From Atractiella rhizophila (Eukaryota): 36,047 nucleotides of DNA. The position numbers were made by a program, and so were the translations under genes. The notes under the pieces are model-generated. The model did not search any database. It saw nothing but the letters and a program-made list of their open reading frames with translations, and was not told the DNA's origin. Shown here piece after piece: positions 12,059 to 24,328 of this stretch. The DNA is taken from NCBI GenBank assembly GCA_021432655.1, contig MU271643.1, positions 1 through 36,047 of the forward strand. Reading direction: 5' to 3'. Every line of letters starts with the position of its first letter. The first letter of the stretch is position 1.

Positions 12059-14805
12059 TTAGGGCTTCATGAATACTGCCTCCATTTTTTGCTGAACGGA
12101 ATGCAAAGTAACACAGAAGAGGATAATCGGATAATCGACATGCAACTTTTGAGATTCCTTGAGATCGACGAGAAACTTCAACAGAACTACAGCTTGCAGC
12201 TTCAACTGGACAGAAAGACTAAGTGGACCTATGGCTCCGGGGCTCGCACATCCTCCAAGGGGAACAGCGTTCTTGAGTAATGTGTTAGGTCAGGAGGAAT
12301 CTCTGCCAATTTCGGTGGTTCGGGTTTTTTCTCTTCGATATAACTGAGGAGTTCGACAGAGAGGTACGAGAAATTGACATCGAAATAAGCAGCCGGCTTG
12401 AAACTTTCAGACAGCCTTGATAAGTAAACCATTCACTCATCAGCTTCGTGTTGCAAGAGGGGGATGGGGGAAGCCGCACCAGAATACGACGTCACGTCTG
12501 TCTACGCCGTTACGACTTGGTGCGTTGACATAACGTTTGATGAACGCTTTAAAGCCGCGAAGGTGGGAGAAAGTCCAACATAATGATTTATGTCGATGCG
12601 CTTTTGGACTGTCGGGAGTCATCGGTGTGCCCTTCATAAATATCAAGATCAGCGCTGTCGGAAGTCACACTGGATCTAAGTTCGCGAAAAAGCTTACAAG
12701 AAGATTCCTCTTCAATTTTTCTAAAACCTGTTCAATCGTCCGCTCCACCAACATTTCGTAAGCCAAAGAAACGCGTGCGAGTTCGGGATGAACTCCTTCG
12801 TCTCCTTCGAGCTTGTCCAGGTATTCTCGAAGGTGAGAATAGCCTGAAAATACCAGTATGGGAAACTCTGTCTCTTCATTGAATATCCACACTGATCCTG
12901 CATCCCGCGAGAATCATCTCAACAAATGTAACTTCTACTAGGTGGAAGCGAGAAGTAAACTTACGTTCCAGTCCGAGCATGCACCGTTTTTCCTCTCCCT
13001 TCACGTAACCCATATGTTCCTGGCGTTCATGAGTCCATTTACATGGTTATTCAGGTATCAAAATACTAACCTCAACCCATCTCTTCCTCCAACCGACCCA
13101 ACCAAGGGCAGTTTCGAATAGAGGAGCTGCTTCTCCCTGATCTTTCGTGTTGAGAGCCTTCTGTAACAGGGTGGTGTGGGATCGCAGGAATGTAAGTCCC
13201 CCGACGACGGCGATTTCCTGCCAATGTGGCGATTCGAACGAGGGAGGAGTATGCATGATCCCGTCCGCGCTCACGGTGAAGCGAGGGGTGAGTGTGGGGT
13301 CGATGGAGGTTATGGCATACTGGATATCGTCCTCAGTCCTGTCCCATCATTTCTCAGCGGTTCAGACCGGATAGGATATCAGAAAAATGGTACAGAAGTT
13401 GAGGATTCCTCAGATTTCGAGAGAGAGTAGAATCTGCGACGAGCACGGCGAAGGAGATGTGTCGGAGGAGCAGACGCTCGGTTAACGAGGATGGTTCGAC
13501 ATTGGACGGTTTCTCCTTTTGCAGTTTCCGAAAGTGCGTTATGGCGGTTTTGTGAAGTTGGGCGGCTTGTTTCTGCTTGCCCGAACCTACAACAGTCTTC
13601 AGTTAGTTGGCGTCGATATCACAAGACGTTCTTAGCCAGCGCTTACGTTGCATGAGTGTTAAGACTTCTAGTAGGACTACCAACGTCTCATAATCGCTAT
13701 CTTTGGTTAGGACGCCGGATTCTTCAAACAGCCTATTGCAGAATGCATCAAAAATCATCGATGGGAAGGAAAAAATGGGTCGGGATACTCACCTCCCTGC
13801 TCGTTCCTCGAGGTATTTACAGCTCTGCTTTCTAGCTATCGAGTAGATGACCATATCTCCTACAAGGTTAGGAGTTGACGGCGCCGACATTCGAAGGATG
13901 GATGGATGTCTGGTAGACCATCAAGTTTGAATGGAGGATCAGATGAGAAAACGAACCCAGAAGATTTGGCGCCACCAGCCAAAAGGGTAGCAATCAATAC
14001 CTATCCTCCCAGCGCAGTCATGCCCTCACACTCTCTCAGAGGGCTAAATAATCCTCACCTCCCCATATTTTCCCATCAACTTAGCCTCCCTCCCTCTCCT
14101 CTCCCACGTCCCGATCAATTGTCCATCGAACAATGTGCTGCTCAACCTCATCGGATGCTGCTTGAAAGCTTCTTCGAGGAGATGTGATGTGATGGAACCT
14201 TCGATCTCCAGACGAGAAAGCTTGTCTTCAGCCGGGATGATGAGGGTGTTGTAGGTTGGAGGGGAGGACGAGGAACAAGAGGAGCCGTCTTCCCTCGTCG
14301 TCCCACCTGAGGCGGAGACGTATTTGGTACGGAAGGTAGTCCCTTTCTCGTTCTTTCGTCGACTGAACACGCATCTGCATTTCGGATATAAAGGGTCAGT
14401 AGTAATAACCGGAGAGAGAGGACGCACTCCACCCCACGGGATTGACAAAGAGTGCAAATGGGTGGCTCGAGGTTCTCCACTTTGATGCATCTGTTCCAAT
14501 GGATCAGCATCACTCATGCGACGTACAGAGGCTCGACATGAGAGCTCACTTTCTTTTGAGAGAACGGCAGTATTCGCCTAGCACGTCACATAAATACGAT
14601 ACAGTCAGCATGGCCCAGGAGGCAGGAGATCTGCCATACAGGCATAGGTGATTGGCGTCGCCTCCTTCCTGCTCTTCCGCTTCTTCTTCACAGGAGCTGA
14701 CGACGACGCTGACGGTCCATCATCGACCGAAAATGATGGCTCCGGAGTTTGGAGGACATTGTGGAGTCGATATGGACCTGCCTCACTGGAGGATGGGTCG
14801 CTCAT
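12059..14805 (-). CDS. Zn(II)2Cys6 (GAL4-type) fungal transcription factor, multi-exon; 3' end uncertain (12059 or 12229)
   Basis: ATG at 14805 and an NLS-like KKKRKSRK. Splicing four short exons reconstitutes CEYCRSLKRKCIKVENLEPPICTLCQSRGVEC (C-x2-C-x6-C-x10-C-x2-C-x6-C). The downstream exons I checked (to about 13390) splice in frame without stops. Confidence 0.85.
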
Positions 14806-15438
14806 GCTAACTTTTGTCGTGTCGACTTCTACAGATCTAGCGTTTAAACTTGAAAAGCGGTTTCACTGGCTGGAAGGTCATCAGCTTTCGAGGGATATGG
14901 ACTGAAAGTGGTACGGAGGCGAGCTTACCGGCTTCTCCAGGTCCTAATGTTAGTACCTTCGGTTTGTTTCGTTTTAATATATCTCCCCTTCAAAGTTGAC
15001 TGTTAGAGCATGAATATATCCAACCAAAACATCCTTACTGTACAAATGACAAGATAAGTCGCCTTCTGAGCTCTCTTGTATGATTTTAGGATGGGTACTG
15101 TCTGAACTAAGTAACGGCCTGATTTCTATATGTAGCTTCAGCGCTTCAGCTTGCGATGACGGCGAGCAAACTCACACGAATGATGGCAATGTTCGATGGT
15201 CTGGATGATGCTTGAGGTTAGTTAATATATTACAACTATGACTGTCTGTGACCACAATTCCAGGTCAAGCGCACATCGGGCAGCTGTCTATCCCAGCTCC
15301 CTCATGAACGAGTTCGACCTCGGCAGTCGCGGTGCTTAGGTGTTGTTCAGCGTTTGGATACGTCGTTGTGAGCTTGAAGACGCGTTCCTTCGCAAGTTGG
15401 TTCGCGATGGAAATGTTCAAGTCGCGAGCTGTATTCAT
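14806..15438 (-). other. Multiply spliced 5' leader of the Zn2Cys6 gene with a uORF, or a separate small spliced transcript
   Basis: Four consecutive canonical-looking minus-strand introns: 15211-15274 (GTGCGC..CTAAC..AAG), 15126-15175 (GTGAGT..TAG), 14988-15038 (GTAAGG..CTAAC..AAG), 14870-14928 (GTAAGC..CTGAT..CAG). An in-frame TGA lies upstream of the TF ATG in the last leader exon. Confidence 0.55.
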
Positions 15439-15663
15439 CACTCGGTGTATATTTTCGGGTATTCGTGGTTTTTCAATTTTGTTGCTATATCGTTGTACGT
15501 TTGACAACAGGAAGAGTCATGATGTTTCTCATGTTATTTCCACGGATTTCCATTTGAGAACACGTCCAAAGATCACACATAACAGGATTAAAAACAAAAT
15601 ATTACCAAGTCGTTTATCAATCTTTCCTTTGTCTGCCAGCCAATACCATTATATAATCTGTCC

Positions 15664-16767
15664 ATGGACAATGTCGCCCTCCTGCTTTCCGTTCTCGCCG
15701 CAGTACCACTCATTGTCTGTCCTACGTGTCATTCTGTCTCCAATCTGACCGTCCATCCAGGCCTATGTCCTCCTTACCGTCTTCTCCCCATCCCCAAGGG
15801 ACCCCTTCCCCTCAGAGCTGACCTACATCACTTCCACCTCCTCCACCGCCCAAACCCCTGCCCTCACTCTTCGACAAGCCCTCGATCGAGCTCTCCATCA
15901 TCGTTCCCGCCTACAACGAAGTCTCTCGTCTCCCGCACATGTTGCGCGACGCACTCTCCTACCTCACCTCGTCCTCCTGTCCCATCAAGAGCTACGAGTT
16001 CCTCTTAGTCGACGACGGGTCGTCCGATGGAACCGCAGCTTTAGCCTTGGAACTAGCGACGCAGTTGGGGATCGGAGAACACATGCGGGTGGTCAAGTTG
16101 GAGAAGAATAGAGGGAAGGGAGGCGCGGTCAGACATGGCATGATGCATGCTCGTGGAGAGTATGCTCTGTTTGTGGATGCGGATGGTGCGACGGCTTTTG
16201 GGGACCTTCAGAAGCTGTGGGAGGTTATGATGGAGCATCAGTCTAGCGCAAAAGGAGAAAAGGAAGAGCAGCCCGCGGTGGTGATTGGCTCCAGAGCACA
16301 TCTAGTCAACACAGAGGCGGTGGTCAAGGTCTGTCCTCTGCCTCTTACTTATCTACATTTTCATACCCTGTTGTTAACAACACTATGAAATGATGCAGAG
16401 ATCGGTTCTGCGCAACCTGCTCATGCGTCTCTTCCACCTCTACCTCCTCCTCCTCGGCCTCTCCCACATCCGCGACACCCAATGCGGCTTCAAGCTCTTC
16501 TCCCGCTCCTCCGCCCTCCTCATCTTCCCTTACATGCACACCGAACGTTGGATCTTCGACTGCGAGATCCTCATCCTCGCTTCCCTCAACCGCATACCCG
16601 TGTCTGAGGTCGGCGTCAGGTGGAAAGAGATAGCCGGGTCAAAGGTCGATGTCGTTTGGGATAGCTTGGTTATGGCGAGAGATTTGGCGGTTATTAGAGC
16701 TAACTATTTACTTGGGAGGTGGGGACAGAAGACTTGGAAAGTGCCTACTGTACCTAAGAAGGAGTAA
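15664..16767 (+). CDS. ALG5: Dolichyl-phosphate beta-glucosyltransferase (GT2)
   Basis: Introns 15715-15760 and 16329-16398. N-terminal signal anchor, then ELSIIVPAYNE, LVDDGSSDGT, NRGKGGAVRHGM, FVDADGAT, IGSRAHL, IRDTQCGFKLFSR, RWIFDCEIL and V.WKEIAGSK, the typical Alg5 blocks. Confidence 0.95.
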
Positions 16768-17501
16768 TAGATGACAGTTGGCTCTAACTTCGTATTTTGT
16801 TTGGCGTGATGGTCCTCGATCCGAGTTGCCATACCAATAAAATGAGGAATCGAGGTTTAGTAGAATGAGTAGAGGCCACCTTACGCCTGATTCCAGGTTG
16901 GTATACTGTAGTGTCATGACGAATCCACGACTTGGAACGATATCACTTTCAATAGGATTCATAGGACTAACTTCAAACTCTGCTGGTTATGATTGAGCCA
17001 GAGAAAGCCCATTGACAAATCGAAGCGGTTGGGCACTCTGCTGTTTGTTCACACTTGATATTCTCAGGCTATGAATCGGTACAGACGAGGGCTGAGTACT
17101 GATGGAGGATAAGATCACCACGCCTTCGATTTTGAAATGCCCAATCTATCATGATGTTCAACCAAGTGAAGTCTACGATATACACTCAGGAGGTCTGCAG
17201 AATTGCTCGGCGGCGCCAATGAATGATATTCTGCAACACATGGCAAATTCGTAAGGTGGATACAAATAAGGTACTTCAAGCTGGAAGCTGGAACGATTCC
17301 AAGTGACCAAATAGAGAAAGAAGAGGATTGAGAACAAGGGTCATGTGCACATAGTAGCATAACGAGTTATCGTGACAAAAGAGTAAAGCGAAACTTCGAC
17401 TATTCAACAATGCAAAAATACCAACACAAACATCTTAAACGAATTCGTTTCACCGACACAATCATCATAGACCAATCACTTGTAGGAACACAACAAATAA
17501 C

Positions 17502-17966
17502 TCACAACCCCATCTTGGTGAACTCAAAGTCCAAAAACTGATCATACTCAATCATCGCTTCCTTCGCGACCTCCTCAAATTCCCTCTTAATCCTATCCCG
17601 CTTCTCATCCTCCGTCTCCCTCACCACGACCACCTCGAAGTTTACCGGGGGAAGCATGTCCACTGGCGCGCCGACACCGACGGCCGGTGAGTAGCAAGGG
17701 AGAGACTCGTCGGAGGCACAGGAGTCGAGGGAAACCCTGGAGCAGTAGACTGGGCCGGAAACGTCGATCAAGGAGCCATTGAGCCCGCTGATGACGGGAG
17801 AAGGCGGACGAGAGGATTCGGCTTCCGGAGGAGGGGGAGTGGCGGAAATTATCCAGGAGAGAGCGGATGAGAAGGCAGAAGGAGGCTCGGTGGCTGATCC
17901 ATTGTAATCAGATATTGTCGCAGTGCTTGGACAAGACTCACGTTCAGCCATTTTGTCACGATTCAC
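17502..17966 (-). CDS. Small hypothetical protein (Ser/Pro-rich with a charged helical C-terminus), single exon
   Basis: 154-codon ORF with GC-rich third positions. C-terminus EDEKRDRIKREFEEVAKEAMIEYDQFLDFEFTKMGL reads like real protein. No family recognised. The start may be the second Met (MAERES). Confidence 0.6.
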   Translation of the reverse strand: MNRDKMAERESCPSTATISDYNGSATEPPSAFSSALSWIISATPPPPEAESSRPPSPVISGLNGSLIDVSGPVYCSRVSLDSCASDESLPCYSPAVGVGAPVDMLPPVNFEVVVVRETEDEKRDRIKREFEEVAKEAMIEYDQFLDFEFTKMGL

Positions 17967-18312
17967 GATAGTTGTTTAGGGAAAACGGTGAAATATTTGG
18001 TAGCAAGGATAGGAAGGCTTTTATAGCCTTGCAAAGGGCAAGATGCGAGGGCAATCGCAAAGAAACCAAAAGAAAACAAGGGCTTCGTCGTTGTCCTTGT
18101 TCCTTAACTTTGATTTGTTGACGTTTGTTTACCGCTATTTTGTGCTCCAAAAGCTCGATCAGATCAAGGAACTCACAGAAGCTTCGGCCCTTTCAGGAGT
18201 CAACCCCACATTCCACTTCCCTTCATTCTTTCATTCTGTCACTCCATTTTCAAGAGTTTCAGCTAAGCAGCTTGTTTTCGCCAACGCCAACGACGAGGAA
18301 AGGATTGGGAAC

Positions 18313-21300
18313 ATGTCCTGCCTTAACATATCCCCCAACGCTACATGTTCCGCAGGGTCCTGCCTTGGCCCATTCACTGGGGACAACTGCTCGACGCTCA
18401 CTTGCTCCAACGCCATTTTACCGCCACAGGGGAGAAACTTGAGCACAAACGGCGCATGTGCGAGCTGCGATGAAGGATGGGGTGGGATTGGGTGTAATGG
18501 TGCGCTATCTTTTGCTTCGTTTGCTATTGGAGAGCAGTATCAGCGTTTCAGGATGTTGGGAACGTTTGTTTTCATGCTTGCTGGAGCTGACCAGCTTCAG
18601 CATCATGGAACTGAGAAATCTTTCTATTATCAAGAACCTTTATGCGGACTTGGGATGAGAATTGGTTATCCTTTCCGCTTGAATAGAACACACGCGGGAC
18701 AATTTCATGGGCAGTTTGGGAGCACATTATTTGCGCGTCTTGCATTCAGCTCTAAAGGCGAGAAAGCCTCAGAATAAAATTGTGCTGAGGAAGGATTGCA
18801 GAGCACTCCCTCACTTCTCAGTTGCCGTCTACTTGCTCGGTCAGTCTCAGGCTGTTCATTTCTCAAAATAATTGGCTATATCATTGGGCTATGCCCGCCG
18901 GTCCGGGTCCAATTGACAGTTTTGATTTTGAGGGAGACTACCTTAAACTCGCATAATGGTGCACAATGCAGAGAGTATTGGCAAAGTATATGTCTCTTAC
19001 TCTGTGGCCTTGCAGTGTGCACCAGCAACCAAGCATGTCAAAATGCCGTCTCAGCCAACTCCTCAGCCTCTGGCAACATCCCAACGTCCGGTACTCTCCC
19101 AGGGGGAGAATCACTTTCTACTGTAGTATGTAATACAGCACCTAGGGTGTATACAAGCGTTCGTACACCACCGCCTCCCTCATTCATGAGCTGACGCCGA
19201 GGATACAGGGCTCCATGACCTGCGACGTCGACAATCCGACTGTCAAAGCCGTTTTCTCAGGAACCGCCGTCCTCGCCATCCAAAAGACTGTCGGATCCTC
19301 TTCCTCATCACTCTCGTATCCGTATACGTCAGGTATAAGCGGTGCTTCCGCTCAACTTTGGTATACGCCATCCTCTTCAACAACTAAGGTTCCAATAGAG
19401 CAGTTTTATTGCGCTGCTTCGACCTGTTCTCAAACCACGAACACGAAAAAGCAGCTTAATTCCTTTGTTTGCAAAGAGCTAAGTTGCCGCTGTATCGTTG
19501 GAACGGACTTTTGTGGTGGCGGAGGATTGGATTTGACGAATATCATCAACGGTTTGAATGGAGAGCTGACCATCGACTGCTCGACCTCTTCTTCCAACTC
19601 TACCTGTGCATTCAAGCAAGAGGCACTGCAAAGCCTCTTCGGACCGAATGGACTCACACTCAGCGGATGTGGCTTTGGCGAGTGTGTTTTCCAAAGCGTT
19701 ATCGAGAGTGCGGCGAGCGACGAGGCGGCTGCGCACAAGAAGGAGCTCAGCCCTGGAGTCATCGTTGGGTTGGCGATTGTAGGAGTGCTCATCGGAGCTG
19801 CTCTCCTCTTCATACTCCTCGGATGGATAGCACAACGAAAGGCTCGACGCGCTCCCATTACTGAGAAAGAGGCGAGCTCTGTTGGGGTGAGGTGGGAGAA
19901 CATTTCCTATTCCATACCGACTCGGTCTTCCTTCCTTGCCCTTTTGGAACCTACCACGACGTCAAGGCGGAGGAGGAGAAATAATATAAACGCCAAACCG
20001 GAAATGTTCGTCGCAGAGAAGAAAGGGACGGAAACCAGCTTCACAGGAGGCGTCTTTCCTGCCAACGAAGACGAGATTCCACTCCGTGGACAAGAAAAGG
20101 GTGAAAAGCAAATCCTCTCGAACGTCAGCGGATACGTGCCTCCTGGCCAGATGCTCGCAATTTTGGGGGCTTCTGGGACTGGTAAGCGCCTTTCATCATT
20201 CCAAATGTCCAAGTTTGACACGCACAATCAGGTAAATCGACTCTATTGGACATCTTGTCATGCAAACGAAAGGCAGGTCGGCTATCTGGTGACGTCTACC
20301 TTCTTCCTTCCTCGGACTCCTCCTCTTCGTCCCATCCTACAATCGCATTTGTGGATCAAAACGACGTCCTTCCATCCCACCTCACAGTCCGAGAGGCTTT
20401 AGCTTTCGCGGCGAATCTGAAGCTCCCAGACAACACGCCACGGACTGTTCAAGATACAACGGTTTGGGAGATATTAGAGCAGCTTGGATTGAAGAGAATC
20501 GCGGAGAGCAAGATTGGCGATGGAGAGCGTAGAGGTATTTCTGGAGGTGAGAGGAGGCGGTTGAGCATTGGAATGGAGCTGTTGTCGAAGCCCAATGTCT
20601 TGTTCTTGGATGAGTTCGTACTTTTTCCTGCATTCCACACGGCGGCATAATTGATGTGTGACAGGCCCAAGTCCGGTCTCGATTCTGCCGGAGCTGCTAA
20701 CGTTGTGCATGTATTGCGTACTCTGGCAAAAGAAAACGGCACGACTATCATCGCGAGCATTGTGAGATTTACCTCCATATCCCTCCATTTGAAGCTCAGT
20801 CTGCGATAGCACCAACCGAGCTCTCAGATCTTCCACGCTTTTGACAGAACCCTGCTTCTTGGGTATGGAAAACCGCTCTATTGTGGGCCGACTGAATCGG
20901 CCATGGACCATTTTGCAGCCCATGGCTACTCACTCCCCCCAAATTACAATCCCGCGGACTACCTCCTTGAAATCTCATGCGGTCCGAATCCTCCTGCAGT
21001 CGATATGGTAGAGGACGCTCCGGTCACCACTGAAAAACGCTTATCACTATATTCCCTCACTGGGAAAAACAACAAGCCAGTAACGACAATGCTGACCCAG
21101 TTTGAAACCATCGGAGCAAGAGAAATATACAACCTGCGAAGGGACTGGTCCTTGATCGTCATGCATAATGTCCTGGCTGTAAGTTAGACGCTCTGCATGT
21201 TGTTTCTCAGTTAAAGTCTACACAGATTATCATCGGAGTTTTTGTTGGGGGGCTCTTCTATCAAGTGAATGATTCCATCAGCGGTTTCCAGAATCGCGTA

Positions 21301-22166
21301 GGCAGTCTATTCTTCCTTGGTAGGCTCATCGCTGCAGATATCTGATCCATTCTGAGCATGACTGCTGTAGGATCCTTGATTGCATTCTCTTCGCTGTCTG
21401 CGCTCTCTAACTTCGTAAGCGTTCGCGAGTTATTCCTCAAGGAGCGATCAGCAGCCTACTATTCCCCCATTTCCTGGTTGCTTTCCCGGATCGTCTTTGA
21501 CATTGTACCGTTACGAGTGATCCCGACTATCTTACTCGCCATCATTGTTTATTTCATGGTTGGTTTGGCGAAGGGCGTGGCATCCTTCTTCAAATACCTC
21601 CTTGTGCTTGTCCTCTTCAATATCGTCATCACATTCTTTGCCTTGACTTTGGCAGCGACCATCCGTAACGGGGGAACAGCGATACTCGTAGCTGGAGTGT
21701 GAGTATTCTTTGTTCTCACCGTGATACCAACGGCTGACTGTGTTACAGGCTGACTCTCTTCCAAATGGCATATGCGGGTATGCTGTCTCTTCTTCCACCG
21801 GTGAGGATCCTGACAGCCTGTTAGGCTTCTTTATCAACATTGCCTCGATCACTCCGGTCCTTCGCTGGCTGCAATACATTAGTCCGCTACGATATGCTCT
21901 TGAAGCCCTGACGGTAAATGAAGTTGGAACCGGGCTTCAAATTAAAGATACTCTTCAGGTATGTCTCGCTGCCTTCATAACCTTCCGTTGAATCAAGATC
22001 GCAGGGAGTTGATGTCAATATATCCGGCGTTCTAATCATGCGAACACTATTTGGCTTCGACACGTCCAGCTATGCGAGAAACGTTGTTGTCCTTTTCGCA
22101 TGGATTGTCCTCTTCGCTATCTGTCTCACCATCTCTGTGCTATTCAAGCTGAGGGAACTGCGTTGA
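18313..22166 (+). CDS. ADP1: Adp1-type ABCG half transporter with a Cys-rich EGF-like N-terminal ectodomain
   Basis: Cys-rich CLGPFTGDNC and CDEGWGGIGCN/VCTSNQAC across a 516-nt intron (18500-19015); TM helix GVIVGLAIVGVLIGAALLFILLGWI; Walker A GASGTG/KST; signature ISGGERRR; Walker B LFLDE; H-loop SI/HQPS; NPADYLLE; ABC2 membrane domain; stop at 22164-22166. An in-frame upstream ATG at 18043 is an alternative start. Confidence 0.92.
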
Positions 22167-22379
22167 ATACGACCAAGATTGGTACAGAATATGGTTTTGT
22201 TTTCAGGACTTTTGAGCTCCTCTTTGCTTCGGAACTGTACTTTTCGGCAGACGTCTCTCATAGCATCAAATTACAATCCCTACTAATGCACTGTACATCT
22301 CCCTCTGCGCTGTTCCCCAGACCCTCATACAATAAAGGGTATCAACACACTGAAAGAACGACGAATGGAACGCCAGAGC

Positions 22380-24328
22380 TTAAATCTGGACGAGGAGGTG
22401 CTGTTGGGGAGAAGGAGTTGTTGACACTGTGGTCGTCGTGAAAGCGCGAGGGACCTTCTTTCGAACTGGGATCCGCGACCTTGACTTAACAGAAATGTTC
22501 GAAACAGTCGATTTGACGGACAGGTCTGAGAGTCTGGACTTTGTCGAAATGCCAGACGATCCAGAGCACATGGAAGGGGCCGGAGCTGCGGGGATCATGA
22601 GATTGATGGGCGGTTGCTCGTCGTTACAGAAAGCGATGAGCTCGAGAACTGGAATGTAGCTGTCGTCTGGATCTATCTCCTGCGTTTCCATCTCCCGGCA
22701 AGGACTCTGAAATTGTTCTTTGACGGCTGAGAGGTAGGAGAGCGAAGTACAAGCTTCGCTCATTTCGTGTTCGGTCCTCAGATTCTGAAATATTGAGCCT
22801 GTCGAATCTTCCCTACTCCTCGCAAAGCTCCCGTCTATGCTTCGACACAAGCTGTCTTTCCTTGAGCTACTCAACCTTTTGCTGATACTTCCATTCCTAC
22901 TCCTGACGCTAACGCTTCCTTTCGTGTTCTTGCTAATTCCAGAGGCCGTAGTCTGGGAGCTGCTTTTCCTGCTCAGGCTCCCCTGCTTCCCATACATGCT
23001 ACTTTGTCTCTTGACGCGGCGCGAGCTGGAAGGGACCAAACTCGACTGGACAGATTTAATTGACGCCTGCGGCCGTTGAATCCTCGAGTGGCAAGGTGAG
23101 AGATTGTCCTCATCCGAAAAACATCTTGCCATGCCTAACTCGTCCTCGAGTTCTCTCCAGAGATTCTTTGCCTCCTGTCGGATCGTGGGCGTAGAAACGA
23201 CTCTTTGGCGCGACCTGTGACCAGAAAGTCGCGCCGAGAAAGGCAAAGAGGAGGGGGAAGGCACTGATCTCCGCAAAAGGGACCGGGGGGACACCACAGG
23301 AGAAACCCTATCCGCGCTTGGAAGGGATTGACGCGATGAAGCTTCGGAAAATGATGTGGGAGTTAAAAAGCATTTGACTGGCGTTTTAGGACTTCGGAAA
23401 GGATCAAGATCAGGAGAACAGCCTCTGACCGAATGAGCAACGGAGGGTCTTTTGTCTGTGGAATAAACAGAAGAAGAAACGGACATCCTCCTTGCGAGCG
23501 AAGGTGATAGTTGTACGCCTTCCATCGCTCTCCCTGCCCCACCTCCAAGAGCCAGCTGAAGGTGACCGGGTATCAGAGATGGAGGGTGAACTGGAACGAG
23601 ATCGTCAAAGAAATATGGTCGCGAATCAAACACTGGTTGCTGCGGAAGTTGCGCCGTGGGAGGGCAGGAGCATTGAGCTGGAGGAACGATTGGGGTGGCT
23701 GGGACGCTACGGGGGCGGAGGATATGTCTACTGTGTTTGACGAACGGATCGTCATCTGGCTGATGAAACGCGGTGCGAACGTCTGGTCGCGGGAGCGGCG
23801 GAGGACGAGCGGGCCGTTTGTGTGACTTCGGGAGGATGTTTGAATATTCGCTCGAGGTGGAAGGGCATGTGGTCGTTCTCGATCGTGAGCGGAGGCTGCT
23901 GACCGTGGACGAGGTAGCAGTTGTTGTTCGTGATGAAAGGGACATGTTGGGGAATTCGCGAGATGGTACATGGACAGTGTGATATTGTGGCATCGAAGGA
24001 GACGTCTGAGGAAACGACGGAGAGATGGTGCCGAGGTTTGGAGATGGACCTTGAATTTGCAGCCTGGGGACCGGAGGTACTTGCTATCCATATGTCAGGC
24101 CCAATTTGCTCTGTGATATTTGATAATACATACTTCATTCTTCGAAACGTCATTACCACTGATGATCCTCTTCAGTTCTTCAGACATGCTATTATGCGAC
24201 CTCAATTTCTTCACCTCCTTCTCCTTTCTCCCCTTCTTCTCCCCTCCGACAGACTTTGCTTTGGACAGAAACGGGAGAAATGATTTCTTAGGTTTCATGC
24301 TCGTGCTGGGAGTCGATTTCGCAGGCAT
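22380..24328 (-). CDS. Hypothetical Ser/Pro/Arg-rich, largely low-complexity protein (about 630 aa), 2 exons
   Basis: Exon 1 (24328-24134, MPAKSTPSTSMKPKKSFLPFLSK...) joins the 537-aa ORF in frame through a 50-nt GTATGT..TAG intron at 24084-24133. No recognisable domain. Confidence 0.75.

Noticed and set aside
7543..22166. Glycan biosynthetic gene cluster (GT-like gene, Zn2Cys6 TF, ALG5, ABC transporter)
   Set aside because: ALG5 and Adp1 are ordinary conserved genes, and nothing in the sequence links them to the GT-like gene. Only conserved synteny or co-expression would revive the idea.
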